A stretch of 64,000 nucleotides of DNA from the human T2T-CHM13v2.0 reference genome, Homo sapiens: the NCBI RefSeq assembly GCF_009914755.1, contig NC_060929.1; one strand, 5' to 3'. Position numbers and translations under genes: made by a program. The notes beneath the pieces are model-generated. The model worked only from the letters and a program-made list of their open reading frames with translations. It was not told where the DNA came from and ran no database searches. Shown here piece by piece: positions 61,536 to 64,000 of the stretch; within the stretch, counting starts at the first letter, position 1, and every line of letters begins with the position of its first letter.

Positions 61536-62669
61536 CTATCTCAAAAAAAAATAATAATAATTAATTAAATGAAGAATAAATAAATAATATACATTGTTCA
61601 TTCATTAACATTGAACTCACAGCCAATGGCACTACAGCACTCACGCCTGAATGGAGTTTATTCAATGCATGTATTTCCTCTGTAAGACACATCACAGACT
61701 TCTTGGACTTGTGAATGCTAAGCAGCACTTCAGCACTATGCTTGGGGGTTAATTTAAATGGCAAAACAACCAACAAACAATACAAAAACAGGAAAAGCAT
61801 GGCATTAAATAGACCACAAAAAGGATACCTGACTATTGTATGAGAGCTGAAAAAGAAGGCAGAATATCATCCTGTTCAAACTCAAATTCTTTTGACACTC
61901 TGCGCAAACACATGACTATGAAAGGCTGTGAGTACTGATTTGGGGGTTACAAAAAATAGTAGGTGAGTTCACAAATACAAAAGCTGAAAACAAGGAGGAT
62001 AGACTGTATTTTCGTAGACAATCTAATCTCAGAAGATTTCAATTCAGACAAAAATCATGAGAATTACTGTATTACAAAAGGGCACTAGATAGGGGAAAAA
62101 GAGTAAAAATCACAATTAAAACAAAGGTTCAAAATTCTGCAGCAACCATATCCAGTTACACTTTAATATGTTTGTGGCAGACTACATTATTGTTCCCAAC
62201 TCATCACCCCTCCCTATATCTAAAACCTTTCCCCAAGACAATGCAGTTCCTCCTGCTAGAGATCAGGTATATTTATCTATACTATCAATGTTAGCCATGG
62301 ACAAGGTATGTGCTTTGGCTGACTGAATGTTAGTGGACATGATAGAAGCAATGGCTTAAAATGTACTTCCAGAACTGGAGTTTCCTTGTGATTCTATCAC
62401 TGTGACAAAAACACATTCTCAGGTAGTCCACTGATCCAAGGGGGAACAAACACACAGAAAACATACCTAGACTCTATCTGCAGCTCGCAGCCTCACCAAG
62501 CCAGGAACAGTCATCTCACAGATATGTTAGCAAAAATAAATGTTTTTCGTACCTTAAGTTTTATATAATTATTGACCTATAGTTAACTGATATACAATAT
62601 ACATTAATCTTAAAATATTATCCCATTAAAAATATTTACATTAAAAACTGAGACCACTTTCTTTCCTCC

Positions 62670-62702
<33 letters not shown>

Positions 62703-63134
62703 AGACAGGGTGTCTCAATGTTGCCCAAGCTGGAGTTCAGTGGCTAGTGGCTATTCACAAGAACGATCATCGCACACTACCTCAAACTCCTGGGATCAAG
62801 CAATCCTCCTGCCTCAGCTTTCCAAGTCGCTGGGACAATAAGTGTGTACCACAGCATGTCAGCTCTCTCTCTCCTTCTTGACCTAAAGCCTAGCATAAAA
62901 TTAGCTAAGTAGAATGTTTCCAAAGATGCCTGCATCAGTATCTCCCATCCCACATAATTTCTGTTTGATTTTGCCATTCACCCATAAAATGGTGGGATCT
63001 ACCTCCCCTCCTTGCAAATTTGAGCTGGCCCTCTGATCCTGTCTAAGATCTGAAGCCAGATATTAAGGTACTTCATTAATTTCCATGTTTGTCCTCTATG
63101 CAACCTAGCAATCAAGCCAGAAGTCAAAACATAC

Positions 63135-64000
63135 TGACATAGTTTGGATGGGTCCCCACCCAAATCTCACCTTGCATTGGAATAATTCCCACGTGTCAAG
63201 GGTGGGGCCAGGTGCAGATAACTGAATCATGGGGATGGTTCCCCCCATACTGTTCTCGTGGTAGTGACTAAGTCTCATGAGATCTGATGGTTTTATAAAT
63301 GGGAGCTCCCCTGCACATGCTCTCTCCTGCCTTGCCACTATGTGAGACATGCTTTTGCACCTCCTTGCCTTCCACCATGATTGTGAGGCCTCCCCAGCCA
63401 TGCAGAACTGTGAGTCAATTCAACCTCTTTCCTTTATAAATTACCCAGTCTCAGGTATGTCTTTATTTGCAGTGTGAGAACAGACTAATACAATAAGTTG
63501 ATACCAGTAGAGTGGGCTGCTGCTGTAAAGATACCCGAAAATGTGGAAGCAACTTTGGAAATGGGTAACAGGGAGAGGCTGGAACAGTTTGGAAGGCTCA
63601 GAAGAGGATAGGAAAATGTGGGAAAGTTTGGAACTTCCTAGAGACTTGTTGAATGGCTTTGACCAAAATGTTAATAGTGATATGGACAATAAGGTCCAGG
63701 CGGAGGTGGTCTCAGAGGGAGATGAGGAATTTGTTGGGAAATGGAGTAAAGTCACTCTTACTATGCAAAGACACTGCAGGCACTGTGCACCTGTATTAGA
63801 AACGGGCATAAGATAGGCGGGAAAGAGTCAAAATAAGAATTTTTTTCTAGAGTTCCCTAGAGATCTGTGGAACTTTGAACTTGAGAGAGATGATTTAAGG
63901 TATCTGACAGAAGAAATTTCTAAGCAGCAAAGCATTCGAGAAGAAGCAGAGCATAAAAGTTCAGAAAATTTGTAGCCTGATGATGCAACAGAAAAGAAAA
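63135..64000 (+). mobile_element. THE1 5' LTR and start of internal region (copy 4, cut by the window edge)
   Basis: Near-identical to 1777-2642. Confidence 0.9.

Overview
Primate (human or great-ape) segmental-duplication DNA, rich in Alu, MaLR and MER repeats. The whole window is a head-to-tail tandem array of a ~20.45-kb unit: about 1-20449, 20450-40891, 40892-61359, plus a partial fourth copy to 64000. By eye the units differ only by scattered SNVs and homopolymer/STR lengths. Each unit is a mosaic of four parts. (i) An AT-rich block ending in a THE1 (ERVL-MaLR) element with a truncated 3' LTR. (ii) An intronless, uninterrupted POM121-derived ORF on the + strand (1165 aa from the first ATG) with four in-frame ~810-bp internal repeats and a hydrophobic C-terminal tail. 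(iii) An AT-rich, TE-filled spacer. (iv) An unprocessed beta-glucuronidase (GUSB) pseudogene fragment on the - strand: exon 5, truncated exon 6, exon 9 and exon 10. This matches the GUSBP/POM121L 'Glu5-10' core duplicon known from the chr5q13 SMA region and paralogous chr5p/chr6p sites; the exact locus cannot be fixed from the sequence. Most notable observation: the four GUSB-derived exons, spliced at their GT-AG sites, give a 540-nt cassette with no stop codon whose end joins its own start in frame. It could encode an n x 180-aa polyprotein across units, or an endless ORF on a circRNA. Second: the POM121L ORF lies downstream of an LTR half that keeps a DUX4-type motif and TATA box but has lost its polyA signal. 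Family and subfamily assignments are from recalled consensus/protein sequences, not database searches.
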